Shown: one piece after another, positions 45,980 through 55,321 of the stretch
How the letters are laid out: the number at the start of each line of letters is the position of its first letter
Numbering within the stretch: position 1 is the first letter of the stretch
From: Bacillota bacterium
GTDB lineage: Bacteria > Bacillota > Clostridia > Lachnospirales > Lachnospiraceae
DNA length: 64,000 nt
Direction of reading: 5' to 3'
Assembly (NCBI GenBank): GCA_029558315.1
Contig: JAKQFQ010000359.1
Span: forward strand, 15,789-79,788
Position numbers and translations under genes: made by a program
Notes under the pieces: generated by a model
Database searches by the model: none
What the model was told of the DNA's origin: nothing
What the model saw: the letters and a program-made list of their open reading frames with translations, nothing else

Positions 45980-47154
45980 AAAAAAGAATACTGATGATTT
46001 CGGATACTATTGTGATGCCATTAGAGCGTGGAAATCGCAAGAGAGTCTATAATTTAATACAAATGATGAAGGATAATGATTGCGAGGTGGATTTTTTGTA
46101 CCTGGCAACTTACCCCGAGGAAGACCCGACTTTAACGGAAGAACTAGTTGGAAAAGAGCATTTCATCAGATTTGAGAATAGAAAGAGAACTTTACCTGTA
46201 TTTCTAAAACGAAAAGTTAGAAAAGTGTTGGAGCTTCTTCATATTCCAGGTCTGTTTAAGTATTTTACCATTGATGAATTGATTAGTCCGAAGATTGGAC
46301 GATTTATAGAACAATTAATGCAGGAGAGGCATTATGATGTCGTCTGGGCAGAATATATTTATACGTCCAAGGCATTGTGCTACGTGCCGGAAGGGGTAAC
46401 AAAGGTAATCGATACAGTCAATGCTTTTAGCTTTAAGCGACAGATGTATGAAGCTGTAGGTTACTATAATTATGAATTTGCATTAAAGAAAAAGGAAGAA
46501 GCCAAAGGGCTTATGAGAGCCGACTGGGTGGTGGCAATCCAGGAAGAGGAAGAGGATTTCTTTCGTTCTATTTTACCAAAGGATGCTAAAGTATGTACCA
46601 TTGGCGAAAACATGCCGGTTACCAATCCGTATGTTGCACAGACCAATCATATTCTGTTTCTGGGAAGCTACTATGTTGTAAACAGAGAAGGAGTAAAGCA
46701 TTTTATTCAATCCATTCTGCCGATTTTGAAGGAAAGTAAAGTACCATTTCATTTTCAGCTCGCCGGAACAATCTGTCGTCATATCGAGGACAGCGAAGAT
46801 TATGAGAAACTTGGAATTGTTGATTCGGTGGAGGAAGTATATCGCAATGCAAGAGTTGTAATTAATCCGGTTCATGTTGGAACCGGGTTAAATATCAAAA
46901 CAATTGAGGCAGTCAGTATGGCTAAGCCTTTAGTCTCTCATAGTGTTGGTGTACGTGGCTTACGTACAGATCAGACGTTTGCGCTTGTATCGGATGATGA
47001 CAGAGAATTTGCAAAGAACATCATTACGGTTCTGACGGATGAGAAGAAGGCTATGGAATTATCGGAAAACGCGGCATGTTTCATGCAAAAATATATTAAG
47101 AAGAATACGGAAGCATTGCGTGCTATTCTGGAGGACACACATGAACGTATATAA
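45976..47154 (+). CDS. GT4-like glycosyltransferase
   Basis: ATG 45976 overlaps the upstream stop (ATGA). ILMISDTIVMPLERGNRKRV N-terminus; VINPVHVGTGLNIKTIEAVSMAKPLVSHSVGVRGL. Confidence 0.65.
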   Translation: MKKRILMISDTIVMPLERGNRKRVYNLIQMMKDNDCEVDFLYLATYPEEDPTLTEELVGKEHFIRFENRKRTLPVFLKRKVRKVLELLHIPGLFKYFTIDELISPKIGRFIEQLMQERHYDVVWAEYIYTSKALCYVPEGVTKVIDTVNAFSFKRQMYEAVGYYNYEFALKKKEEAKGLMRADWVVAIQEEEEDFFRSILPKDAKVCTIGENMPVTNPYVAQTNHILFLGSYYVVNREGVKHFIQSILPILKESKVPFHFQLAGTICRHIEDSEDYEKLGIVDSVEEVYRNARVVINPVHVGTGLNIKTIEAVSMAKPLVSHSVGVRGLRTDQTFALVSDDDREFAKNIITVLTDEKKAMELSENAACFMQKYIKKNTEALRAILEDTHERI

Positions 47155-48883
47155 ACGACTGAAACAGTTATTGAATCAGAAGCAGAAAAGACAAGTTCTT
47201 TTGCTTATCTTTATGATTTTTGTCAGTGCTTTGCTGGAAACACTTGGTGTATCTATCATCGTACCATTGATTTCGGCTGTAGTCACTCCGGAGAAGCTTC
47301 TGGAGAATGAGACAGTTCAGAAGATATTTACGATATTTGGAGTGGCAATCACGGATAAAACTTTCTTTGTTAAATTGCTGCTTTTATGTACTATGGGTAT
47401 TTTTTTGCTGAAAAATATTTATCTGTTGTTTTTATACTATATTCAGGCGCGGTTCGTTACGAAGACGGAAGCGACAACATCCATCAGACTTTTAAATGAA
47501 TACTTGAATCGCCCTTACGAATTCTATCTCAATGCAGATGTTAATGCAATGTTTCAGACAATTAATAAGGATATACCGCATGTGTTTGAACTTTTACAGG
47601 AAGTGATGAAGCTTCTTACGGAGATTGCAGTCTCTATGTGTTTATGTACTCTCCTGTTTGTGGTGGACTTTAAGATGAGTCTGAGCATCTCTGTATTACT
47701 GTTGCTGATGGTGCTGTTTATTGTTTTTGTTCTAAAACCCAAGCTGGGCAATCTTGGACAAGGAAGACTAAAGCAACAGGTCTTGACAATGAAATGGATG
47801 CAGCAGGGAATCTTTGGAATTAAGGATGTTAAGGTTGCAGCCAAGGAAAAGTACTTCCTTGGGAAATTTGCAGATGCTTACACCAGACTTGCCGGAATTA
47901 TAAGGAAATATACGGTTTTTAATAACGCACCCAGACTTGTAATTGAGACTGTCTGTATTGTCGGATTACTTGGATATATGTTTCTGTGCATTGTCAAAGG
48001 AGAAGATATGAGCAGACTTTTGCCACAGTTAACAGCATTTGCGCTTGCTGCTGTGCGTCTGATGCCAAGTGTAAACCGTATCTCAACTCATTTATCAACA
48101 ATTGCATATTATGAGCCTTCTCTTAACTTTGTATGCGATAATTTAAATATTGCAGAGCTAAAAGATGTGGAAGAGAAAACATCAGCAGAGGTAATGGAAT
48201 TAAAACATTCGATCGAGCTAAAAGAGATTACCTATGCATATCCCAATACAGATCGAAAAATCTTTGATCGGGCCAGTATGAATATACCGGTTGGACAATC
48301 GGTGGGGGTTATTGGAAGTTCAGGTGCCGGCAAGACGACAATTATCGATGTGTTACTGGGACTGTTACAGCCCAAAGAGGGTAGTATCTGTTGTGATGGA
48401 AAAGCAATTTTGGAAGACGATATTTCCTGGCTTCATAATATTGGATATATTGCTCAGAATATCTATATGCTGGACAGCACTATACGTGATAACGTCGCAT
48501 TTGGTGTGGATACAAAGGATATGGATGAGCAAAGAATCTGGGAAGTTTTACGGGAAGCTCAGATGGAAGAGTATGTAAGAAAACTGCCGGAGGGGCTGGA
48601 TACCGTGATAGGAGATCGTGGCGTTCGTATTTCCGGAGGACAAAGACAGAGAATCGGAATTGCAAGGGCATTATATCATGATCCGGAGCTGCTGGTTTTT
48701 GATGAAGCAACCAGTGCGTTGGATAATGAAACAGAAGCAGCAATCATGGAGGCAATCAATGCTCTTAAGGGAAGAAAAACAATGGTAATTATTGCACATC
48801 GTCTTAAGACAATTGAAAGCTGTGATATGATTTACCGCGTTGAAAACGGTAAGATTACAAGAACTATTTTGGAGGAAACGTGA
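47141..48883 (+). CDS. ABC transporter, fused permease/ATPase half-transporter (PglK/MsbA-like), copy 2
   Basis: Start taken at MNVYKRLKQLLNQKQKR (ATG 47141). Walker A GSSGAGKTT, ISGGQRQR, LVFDEATSALD. Collinear with copy 1 (YEFYLNAD, GIKDVKV, NNAPRLVIETV, AAVRLMPS). Confidence 0.85.
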   Translation: MNVYKRLKQLLNQKQKRQVLLLIFMIFVSALLETLGVSIIVPLISAVVTPEKLLENETVQKIFTIFGVAITDKTFFVKLLLLCTMGIFLLKNIYLLFLYYIQARFVTKTEATTSIRLLNEYLNRPYEFYLNADVNAMFQTINKDIPHVFELLQEVMKLLTEIAVSMCLCTLLFVVDFKMSLSISVLLLLMVLFIVFVLKPKLGNLGQGRLKQQVLTMKWMQQGIFGIKDVKVAAKEKYFLGKFADAYTRLAGIIRKYTVFNNAPRLVIETVCIVGLLGYMFLCIVKGEDMSRLLPQLTAFALAAVRLMPSVNRISTHLSTIAYYEPSLNFVCDNLNIAELKDVEEKTSAEVMELKHSIELKEITYAYPNTDRKIFDRASMNIPVGQSVGVIGSSGAGKTTIIDVLLGLLQPKEGSICCDGKAILEDDISWLHNIGYIAQNIYMLDSTIRDNVAFGVDTKDMDEQRIWEVLREAQMEEYVRKLPEGLDTVIGDRGVRISGGQRQRIGIARALYHDPELLVFDEATSALDNETEAAIMEAINALKGRKTMVIIAHRLKTIESCDMIYRVENGKITRTILEET

Positions 48884-50016
48884 AAATAGCAATTATTTTG
48901 CCCCATTTTTATCCTTATGTCGGTGGTGCTGAAAAGATGTTTTATGATCTTGCCAAAGGACTGATTCAAGCCGGACATGAGGTACGGGTGGTGGCTAGAA
49001 ACATTGGAAATGAATATCTTGGACCAAAAGTTGTGGACGGTATCAATATTTGTTATTGTCCCTGGAAATCCATGTTTGGACATCCAGTCCCAAGAAAAAA
49101 AGATCTCGAAGAAGTAATTGCATGGTGTGATATTGTGCATACATCAATCTTTACGACGTCTCCGCCGGTCAGCAGACTTGCTAGAAAGTATCACAAACCG
49201 GCACTCCTTACGGTCTATGAAGCAAGGGGAAACAAATGGTTTTGGGCGGATAATTTTATTAGAGCGACGGCATTTTATCTTGTAGAGCAATATACGATTC
49301 GTCAACGTTTTAACTGTTACCATGCTATTTCAGATGCGACGAAGGCAGATGTGGAGCGTTATTGCCACCGTAGAAATGTGAGAAGAATTTATCTGGCGAA
49401 TGAAATGGATCAGGCACATGTTGCGAAAGATTTTTCCATGCGTCAATATTTCGGCCTCTCTATGGAACAAAAGGTATTTCTGTATTATGGCAGACCCGGG
49501 AAGACCAAAGGAATCCTGGTCTATGAGCGTGCAATCGATAAACTGGTGAAAGAGTGCGATTCAAGACTGCTTGAGAATACATCTTTCTGCTTTTTGCTTG
49601 GCAAGGAACCGGAGGATTTACGGGCGGCGTTCATTCGACTGATAGAGAAAAAAGGACTGACGAATCGTGTAATTATCCGGGATTCGGTGACAAGAGAACA
49701 ACTGGGAGCCTGTATTCAACAGGCAGATTGCGTTGTTGTTCCATCCCTCACAGAAGGATTTGGATTTAGTGCACTGGAAGCCTGCCAGATTGGAAGCAGG
49801 CTGATTTACAGCGATGGAGGTTCTCTTCCGGAAGTGACATTTGGTGAGTGTAAATCTTTTAGAAACCGTGATGAAGCAGATCTGGCAGATAAATTAAAGG
49901 CGGTTGTCGAAAATCGTGAAGATGCTTTTGACATCATTCCCGCAAAAACATTTACTTATGATGAAATGTTTGGTGGAATGATTCACTTATATGAGGAATT
50001 GGTGCAGAAATGTTAA
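48880..50016 (+). CDS. GT4 glycosyltransferase
   Basis: GTG start overlapping the upstream TGA. IAIILPHFYPYVGGAEKM; VPSLTEGFGFSALEACQIGSRLIYSDGGSLPEV. Confidence 0.8.
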   Translation: MKIAIILPHFYPYVGGAEKMFYDLAKGLIQAGHEVRVVARNIGNEYLGPKVVDGINICYCPWKSMFGHPVPRKKDLEEVIAWCDIVHTSIFTTSPPVSRLARKYHKPALLTVYEARGNKWFWADNFIRATAFYLVEQYTIRQRFNCYHAISDATKADVERYCHRRNVRRIYLANEMDQAHVAKDFSMRQYFGLSMEQKVFLYYGRPGKTKGILVYERAIDKLVKECDSRLLENTSFCFLLGKEPEDLRAAFIRLIEKKGLTNRVIIRDSVTREQLGACIQQADCVVVPSLTEGFGFSALEACQIGSRLIYSDGGSLPEVTFGECKSFRNRDEADLADKLKAVVENREDAFDIIPAKTFTYDEMFGGMIHLYEELVQKC

Positions 50017-52058
50017 TATTCGTATGGATATTGGGTATGCTTGGCGCAATGACAATGCTTGCATGCTATTACCGTAAAATTGAAGCCGGAAGACTGGTGA
50101 TTGTTGGAACAGGTATTTATTTTAGCCTGTTTGTAATAATGAGCGGAATTCTGATTTGGATAGACCGATTCAGCCTGTTATGGGCTACTGCACTTGTACT
50201 TGTCATTGAAATTGTGCTAACGTTGGCAAAACTGTTCCTTAGCGACTTTTCACTTCCCAAAATACTACCTGCATGGAAAAAATACCTGCCAATTGCAATA
50301 TTGTTGATTGTTTGTGCATTTTTATCAGGAGAGAAAGCTGGCGTATATGGTACTGGACAGGATCAGGGACTGTATCAGATTCGGGCAATGCTTTATATGG
50401 GTGGATACAATCAAAATGTGGTAGATTTTTCTGAGTACGACCAGATTGAATCTGGTGCAGAGCGCGAGCATTATGTGACACAGCTAAAAGATATGGAAGG
50501 GTATTATCTTCTTTCCAAGGATCAGGTAGCAGGTGCCGGTGACTGTGAGGGCGTTTTGCATGGAATCGGAACGTTTCCTGCAATGCTGGCCTTATGGGGG
50601 AAAATGTTTGGCCTGAGTAATATGACAGGGATTTTGACCATTTTCTATCTGTTGGCAATTGCAAATACCTGGCTGATTTGTGACAACTTGAGGTTAAAAA
50701 GAACCACATCCTTAATTGCGGCTGTGTTTATGGGAATCTGTCCAATTGTCTTATGGTGTTCTAAGAATACTTTGACAGAAATGTTTTTTACGAGTTTAAT
50801 CTGTATTTTTATTGAACTTCTTACAGAAAATCCGAAGAAAAAAATTGTGCTCTGGTCTGCTGTACCCATGGTGGCTGCAGCATTTTACCATGTTACCATC
50901 AGTATCTTTATGCCATTGGTTGTATTGCTCTATCTGTTGGGATATCTGCAGAGTAAGAATCGAAAAATGCTTTATGCAATGATCCTTTCACTGGTTGGTT
51001 ATGCCGCAGGAATGAATATGATGATGAAGACAGCACGTCATTACACACTTAAGAATCTGGATATGCTGTTTGGAAGAACTAAGAATATTCTAAATGCAGA
51101 GAATATCCAAGGTGTAATCTGGGGAATTGCGATTGTTCTGTCTTTAGCAGCGATTGTTCTTCTTCTGAGGGAAATTAGACATCGCATTTTCCGGGGGCTG
51201 GCTAAGTTTAAGAAGAGTATAAAGATCAATCAATTCTTTGGAATCGGCGTCAGTGTAATAACAGCACTTTTGATTTTTTTCTTTATTTACAAGGGATTTA
51301 AGGCAGCACATATGGGAATGTGGCCAATGAAACTCAGTATTCTTGGATATCTGTTTATGACCGGATTTGTTATGCTTCCGGCAGCATTCCTTTCTGTGTT
51401 TATCAATGGAAGGAAGATGTTGCGTAAGCGAAATACAATGGTAATTGGCGTAAGTCTTCTTTATATATTATTTGTATATTGTGGAATCCTGTGGGTACTG
51501 ATATATTATTACTATTACTATGCAAGATATTTTGCACCTTTTGTTGTATTTATTCTGGTTGCGGCGGCAATGTTCTGGGATCGGATTTCAGTAAAAATCA
51601 CCATACCGCTGCTTGCTGTATTTGCCGGACTGGTAATCTGGCAGAGTAACCTTTTATATACGGAGAAGGATTTGACCTATTGCGATTATTCCATTGTGGA
51701 GAGTATGACATCCTGTGTTAATTCCAAAGATGCTATTCTTGTCATGGACTGGGGATATCATATTCAAAGAATCTACGCTATGGCTTTAAAAGGAACAACG
51801 GGAGCAGATATCTTTTTTGTAACACCTGATTTAATGCCGGAGAGACTGGCAATCTGTGCTGCAGCTTACGAGAATGTCTTTTTACTGCAATATGATTTGG
51901 GATATCTGACAGAGGATACAGGAGAATGGCGCTATGTATATCAAGGAATGATGCATACTTCTATTTATGAGAATTATATAGATCGTGGGTTACCTTACGC
52001 GAAGAAAAATGCAACGATGGATAGCCCTGTTGCACTTATGATTTATAATAGAGATTAA
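50010..52058 (+). CDS. Very large polytopic membrane protein, candidate GT-C-type transferase
   Basis: 682 aa, hydrophobic through about aa 540, then a soluble C-terminal domain. Early loop GVYGTGQDQGLYQIRAM. It lies directly upstream of a polyprenyl-phosphate-type GT2. Confidence 0.4.
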   Translation: MLIFVWILGMLGAMTMLACYYRKIEAGRLVIVGTGIYFSLFVIMSGILIWIDRFSLLWATALVLVIEIVLTLAKLFLSDFSLPKILPAWKKYLPIAILLIVCAFLSGEKAGVYGTGQDQGLYQIRAMLYMGGYNQNVVDFSEYDQIESGAEREHYVTQLKDMEGYYLLSKDQVAGAGDCEGVLHGIGTFPAMLALWGKMFGLSNMTGILTIFYLLAIANTWLICDNLRLKRTTSLIAAVFMGICPIVLWCSKNTLTEMFFTSLICIFIELLTENPKKKIVLWSAVPMVAAAFYHVTISIFMPLVVLLYLLGYLQSKNRKMLYAMILSLVGYAAGMNMMMKTARHYTLKNLDMLFGRTKNILNAENIQGVIWGIAIVLSLAAIVLLLREIRHRIFRGLAKFKKSIKINQFFGIGVSVITALLIFFFIYKGFKAAHMGMWPMKLSILGYLFMTGFVMLPAAFLSVFINGRKMLRKRNTMVIGVSLLYILFVYCGILWVLIYYYYYYARYFAPFVVFILVAAAMFWDRISVKITIPLLAVFAGLVIWQSNLLYTEKDLTYCDYSIVESMTSCVNSKDAILVMDWGYHIQRIYAMALKGTTGADIFFVTPDLMPERLAICAAAYENVFLLQYDLGYLTEDTGEWRYVYQGMMHTSIYENYIDRGLPYAKKNATMDSPVALMIYNRD

Positions 52059-52088
52059 AATGATTTGTTGGACTGACGGAGGCATAAT

Positions 52089-53138
52089 ATGAAACTGATT
52101 ATACAGATTCCCTGCTATAATGAAGCAGAGACATTGGAAATTGCATTGAATGATCTGCCAAGGCATCTGGATGGAATTGATGAGATTGAATATCTGATAA
52201 TTAATGACGGAAGTAAAGATAATACCGTTGAAGTGGCAATGAACTGGGGTGTTCATCATGTCATCAGCTTTACCAGAAATAAGGGACTTGCCAAAGGCTT
52301 TATGGCAGGTATCGAAGCAAGTCTTTCTTATGGTGCGGATATCATCGTTAATACAGATGCGGACAATCAGTATTGCGGAGAAGACATTGCCAAATTGATT
52401 GAGCCTATTTTACAGGGAAATGCGGATATTGTAATTGGCGAGCGGCCGATTGATCAGACAGATCATTTCTCCTTTATTAAGAAGAAATTACAACACTTTG
52501 GCAGTTGGGTTGTACGAAAAGCATCGAAAACAGATATCCCGGATGCTCCTTCCGGATTCAGAGCATTTTCCAGAGAGGCAGCAATGCACATAAATGTCAT
52601 CAATGAGTATACCTATACGCTGGAGACGATTGTACAGGCTGGGCGGAATAAAATGGCGATTACGTCTGTTCCAATCAGAACAAATCCGGAGTTAAGGAAG
52701 TCCAGATTATTCAGCAGTATGGGTTCCTACATCAAAAAGTCAATGCTGACGATTCTAAGAGCACTATTAATGTATCGCTCTCTGGCATGTCTGACGATTG
52801 TTGGCGCGTTGCCGTTTTTGGCTGGTTTTGCGCTCAGTGTCAGATTCCTGATTTATTATATCAACGGAAGAAATTCCGGACATATTCAATCGCTGATACT
52901 GGCATGTACGCTAATGATTATGGGATTTATGACCTTTGTCATTGGTATGCTGGCAGATGTATTATCTGCGAACCGAAAGATTATGGAGGATGTGCAGTAC
53001 CATGTTCGTAAGCTGACTTATGATGAATCAGATGCAAAGGTTTGGCAGGAGGCTGCAACACAAAGCATTGGACTGGAGAATCCGGAGGGCAATCCTGACA
53101 GTGTGAGTGGGACAACGACGGAGGATACAAAAGTTTGA
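52089..53138 (+). CDS. GT2 polyprenyl-phosphate hexosyltransferase-like enzyme with C-terminal TM helices
   Basis: LIIQIPCYNEAETL...LIINDGSKDNT...NKGLAKGF...NTDADNQY, then two C-terminal hydrophobic helices (CLTIVGALPFLAGFALSV; LILACTLMIMGFMTFVIGMLADV). Confidence 0.75.
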   Translation: MKLIIQIPCYNEAETLEIALNDLPRHLDGIDEIEYLIINDGSKDNTVEVAMNWGVHHVISFTRNKGLAKGFMAGIEASLSYGADIIVNTDADNQYCGEDIAKLIEPILQGNADIVIGERPIDQTDHFSFIKKKLQHFGSWVVRKASKTDIPDAPSGFRAFSREAAMHINVINEYTYTLETIVQAGRNKMAITSVPIRTNPELRKSRLFSSMGSYIKKSMLTILRALLMYRSLACLTIVGALPFLAGFALSVRFLIYYINGRNSGHIQSLILACTLMIMGFMTFVIGMLADVLSANRKIMEDVQYHVRKLTYDESDAKVWQEAATQSIGLENPEGNPDSVSGTTTEDTKV

Positions 53139-53935
53139 ATAAGGAACCGTTAGTTACAATATTTGTCTTAATCTATAATAATCCGGATGGACTTAAGACA
53201 ACTGTGGATTCGTTACTGAATCAAACCTACAGGAATGCAGAGATTCTGTTAAGTGATGACGGATCTACAAAGTACGACACTGCTATTCTGGAAGATTATG
53301 CAAAGAGATTGAGAAAGAAATATCATCAGGTAAGAGTGAATGTTAATGATAAAAATGTTGGAACTGTTCGGCATTTAAACAAGGTATTTCAAATGGCTAA
53401 GGGAGAATATCTGTTTAGCTGCAGCTCCGGAGACCGTTTTCACAGTAATACTACGGTAGAATGCCTGGTTGAAGCATTCCTTCGAAAGAATGCGTTAATC
53501 ATCACAACAAGACGATATGATGTGGACAAAGAGTTACATCATAGGATGAAACCTTTTATTCTGGTTGGCATGGCATTACGACTGGCACCACGAAAGCTGA
53601 TGAACTATATGGTGAGAAAAAGGAATCTGCTGAGTGGCTGCTGTACCTTTTACCGAAAAGAGTTGTTTGAGCAATACGGATATCATGATGAAGATTATTT
53701 CCTTGTCGAAGATTATCCTTACTATATTGATTTGCTGCGAAGAAATATCAGGATTAACTGGTCACCGCTTGTTACTATCGATCATGAAATCGGTGGTGTA
53801 TCAACGGGAAAGGTGCATCCGGGAATCTATCGGGACATCGAATTGCTAAGAGAGAAGCTATATCCAATACGATCGGAGTTTGATCGCTCCACAAGAGTTT
53901 TTTTGGAGAAGTGTCATAACAAAATGGAGGATTAA
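53135..53935 (+). CDS. GT2-family glycosyltransferase (soluble)
   Basis: TTG start overlapping the upstream TGA. VTIFVLIYNNPDGLKTTVDSLLNQTYRNAEILLSDDGST. Confidence 0.7.
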   Translation: MNKEPLVTIFVLIYNNPDGLKTTVDSLLNQTYRNAEILLSDDGSTKYDTAILEDYAKRLRKKYHQVRVNVNDKNVGTVRHLNKVFQMAKGEYLFSCSSGDRFHSNTTVECLVEAFLRKNALIITTRRYDVDKELHHRMKPFILVGMALRLAPRKLMNYMVRKRNLLSGCCTFYRKELFEQYGYHDEDYFLVEDYPYYIDLLRRNIRINWSPLVTIDHEIGGVSTGKVHPGIYRDIELLREKLYPIRSEFDRSTRVFLEKCHNKMED

Positions 53936-53936
53936 G

Positions 53937-54338
53937 ATGGAAATAAAGAAATATCCTTTACAGCAACATGGGGATGCAAGGGGACATTTGGTTGCACTGG
54001 AAGAAAAAATTGATGTGCCATTTGAAATCAAGCGTGTATACTATATGTTTGATACAAAGCCAGGCGTGGTTCGTGGCATGCATGCACATAAGTCTCTGGA
54101 ACAATTGCTGGTATGTGTTCATGGTTCAGTGAAAATTTTGTTGGACAATGGAACCGAAAAAGAGACAGTTGTACTGGATAATCCATATGAAGGTCTCTAT
54201 GTGTCAAATAGTATGTGGCGAGAAATGTCAGAGTTCTCAGAGGGGGCAGTTCTGATGGTATTTGCATCGAAATACTATGATGAAACAGATTATATTAGAG
54301 ATTATGATGAGTTCTTAAAATCAGTCGGCAGAAAGTAG
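53937..54338 (+). CDS. FdtA/WxcM-like cupin: dTDP-4-keto-6-deoxyhexose 3,4-ketoisomerase
   Basis: HGDARGHLVALE...FEIKRVYYMFD...VRGMHAHKSLEQLLVCVHGSV is the FdtA/QdtA-type signature. 133 aa from ATG 53937. Confidence 0.7.
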   Translation: MEIKKYPLQQHGDARGHLVALEEKIDVPFEIKRVYYMFDTKPGVVRGMHAHKSLEQLLVCVHGSVKILLDNGTEKETVVLDNPYEGLYVSNSMWREMSEFSEGAVLMVFASKYYDETDYIRDYDEFLKSVGRK

Positions 54339-54361
54339 TGCAGAAAGGAAAGGTTATTGGA

Positions 54362-55321
54362 ATGGATAAGATTGCAGTTCTGATTCCGTGCTATAACGAG
54401 GAAAAAACAATAGAGAAAGTTGTCAGGGATGCCAGAAAGGCACTCCCGGAAGCGATTGTCTATGTTTATGATAATAATTCAACAGATCAAACGGTAGAGT
54501 ATGCACAAAAAGCCGGTGCCATTGTAAGACATGAATATAAACAAGGTAAGGGCAATGTAATCCGCAGAATGTTTCGGGAGATTGATGCTGTCTGCTATAT
54601 TATGGTAGATGGAGACGATACCTATCCGATGGAATATGCAAAGGAGATGGCAGACCAGGTCTTGGAAAAGCAGATGGACATGGTAGTGGGAGACCGCCTT
54701 TCTTCTACCTATTTTACACAGAATAAGCGGCCATTTCATAATCTGGGGAATTCGGTTGTCAGGAGTAGTATCAACCGACTGTTTCACTGCGAAATTAAGG
54801 ATATTATGACAGGATTTAGGGCATTATCCTATGAATTTGTCAAGAGTTACCCTGTATTAAGCAAAGGCTTTGAAATTGAAACAGAGATGACAATACATGC
54901 TGTTTTTAATCAGATGGCGATTGCCAATGTGGTAGTTGAGTATCGTGATCGGCCGGAGGGAAGCGAATCCAAGTTAAATACTTATTCTGATGGAATGAAG
55001 GTCCTTTCTTTGATCATTAAGCTTTATAAGAATTATAAGCCGCTGGCATTCTTTTCCTGGATGGCAGCTTTGATGACAGTAATCGCAGCAGTGCTGTTTT
55101 TCTGGGTGTTCGCCAGATTCTTAAATAGTGGTTTGGTTGAAAATATGCCAACGCTGATTGTCAGCGGATTTATTGAACTGGCTGCAGTACAGGCCTTTTT
55201 TGCAGGGATGATTTTATCTGATATGGTAACAAAAAATCGCCGGGAATTTGAACTTAATCTCAACGAGATTAGTAGAAGAAAACGTCAACTGAGTAAGATG
55301 GAAAGTGAGAACCAGCAGTAA
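54362..55321 (+). CDS. GT2 polyprenyl-phosphate glycosyltransferase-like enzyme with C-terminal TM helices
   Basis: AAAGGAAAGG RBS before ATG 54362 (the ORF opens at GTG 54338). IAVLIPCYNEEKTI...VYDNNSTDQT...MVDGDDTYP, then C-terminal helices (LAFFSWMAALMTVIAAVLFFWVF; LIVSGFIELAAVQAFFAGMIL). Confidence 0.75.
   Translation: MDKIAVLIPCYNEEKTIEKVVRDARKALPEAIVYVYDNNSTDQTVEYAQKAGAIVRHEYKQGKGNVIRRMFREIDAVCYIMVDGDDTYPMEYAKEMADQVLEKQMDMVVGDRLSSTYFTQNKRPFHNLGNSVVRSSINRLFHCEIKDIMTGFRALSYEFVKSYPVLSKGFEIETEMTIHAVFNQMAIANVVVEYRDRPEGSESKLNTYSDGMKVLSLIIKLYKNYKPLAFFSWMAALMTVIAAVLFFWVFARFLNSGLVENMPTLIVSGFIELAAVQAFFAGMILSDMVTKNRREFELNLNEISRRKRQLSKMESENQQ

Noticed and set aside
50239-50709. 156-aa minus-strand ORF inside the 682-aa membrane protein gene
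   Set aside because: It is a shadow ORF antisense to a continuous 2-kb hydrophobic ORF, with no supporting signal.
51495-51515. YYYYYY-encoding TAT/TAC run in the 682-aa membrane protein
   Set aside because: It is a short in-frame low-complexity stretch inside a hydrophobic protein. It is not a nucleotide-level perfect repeat long enough to suggest instability.
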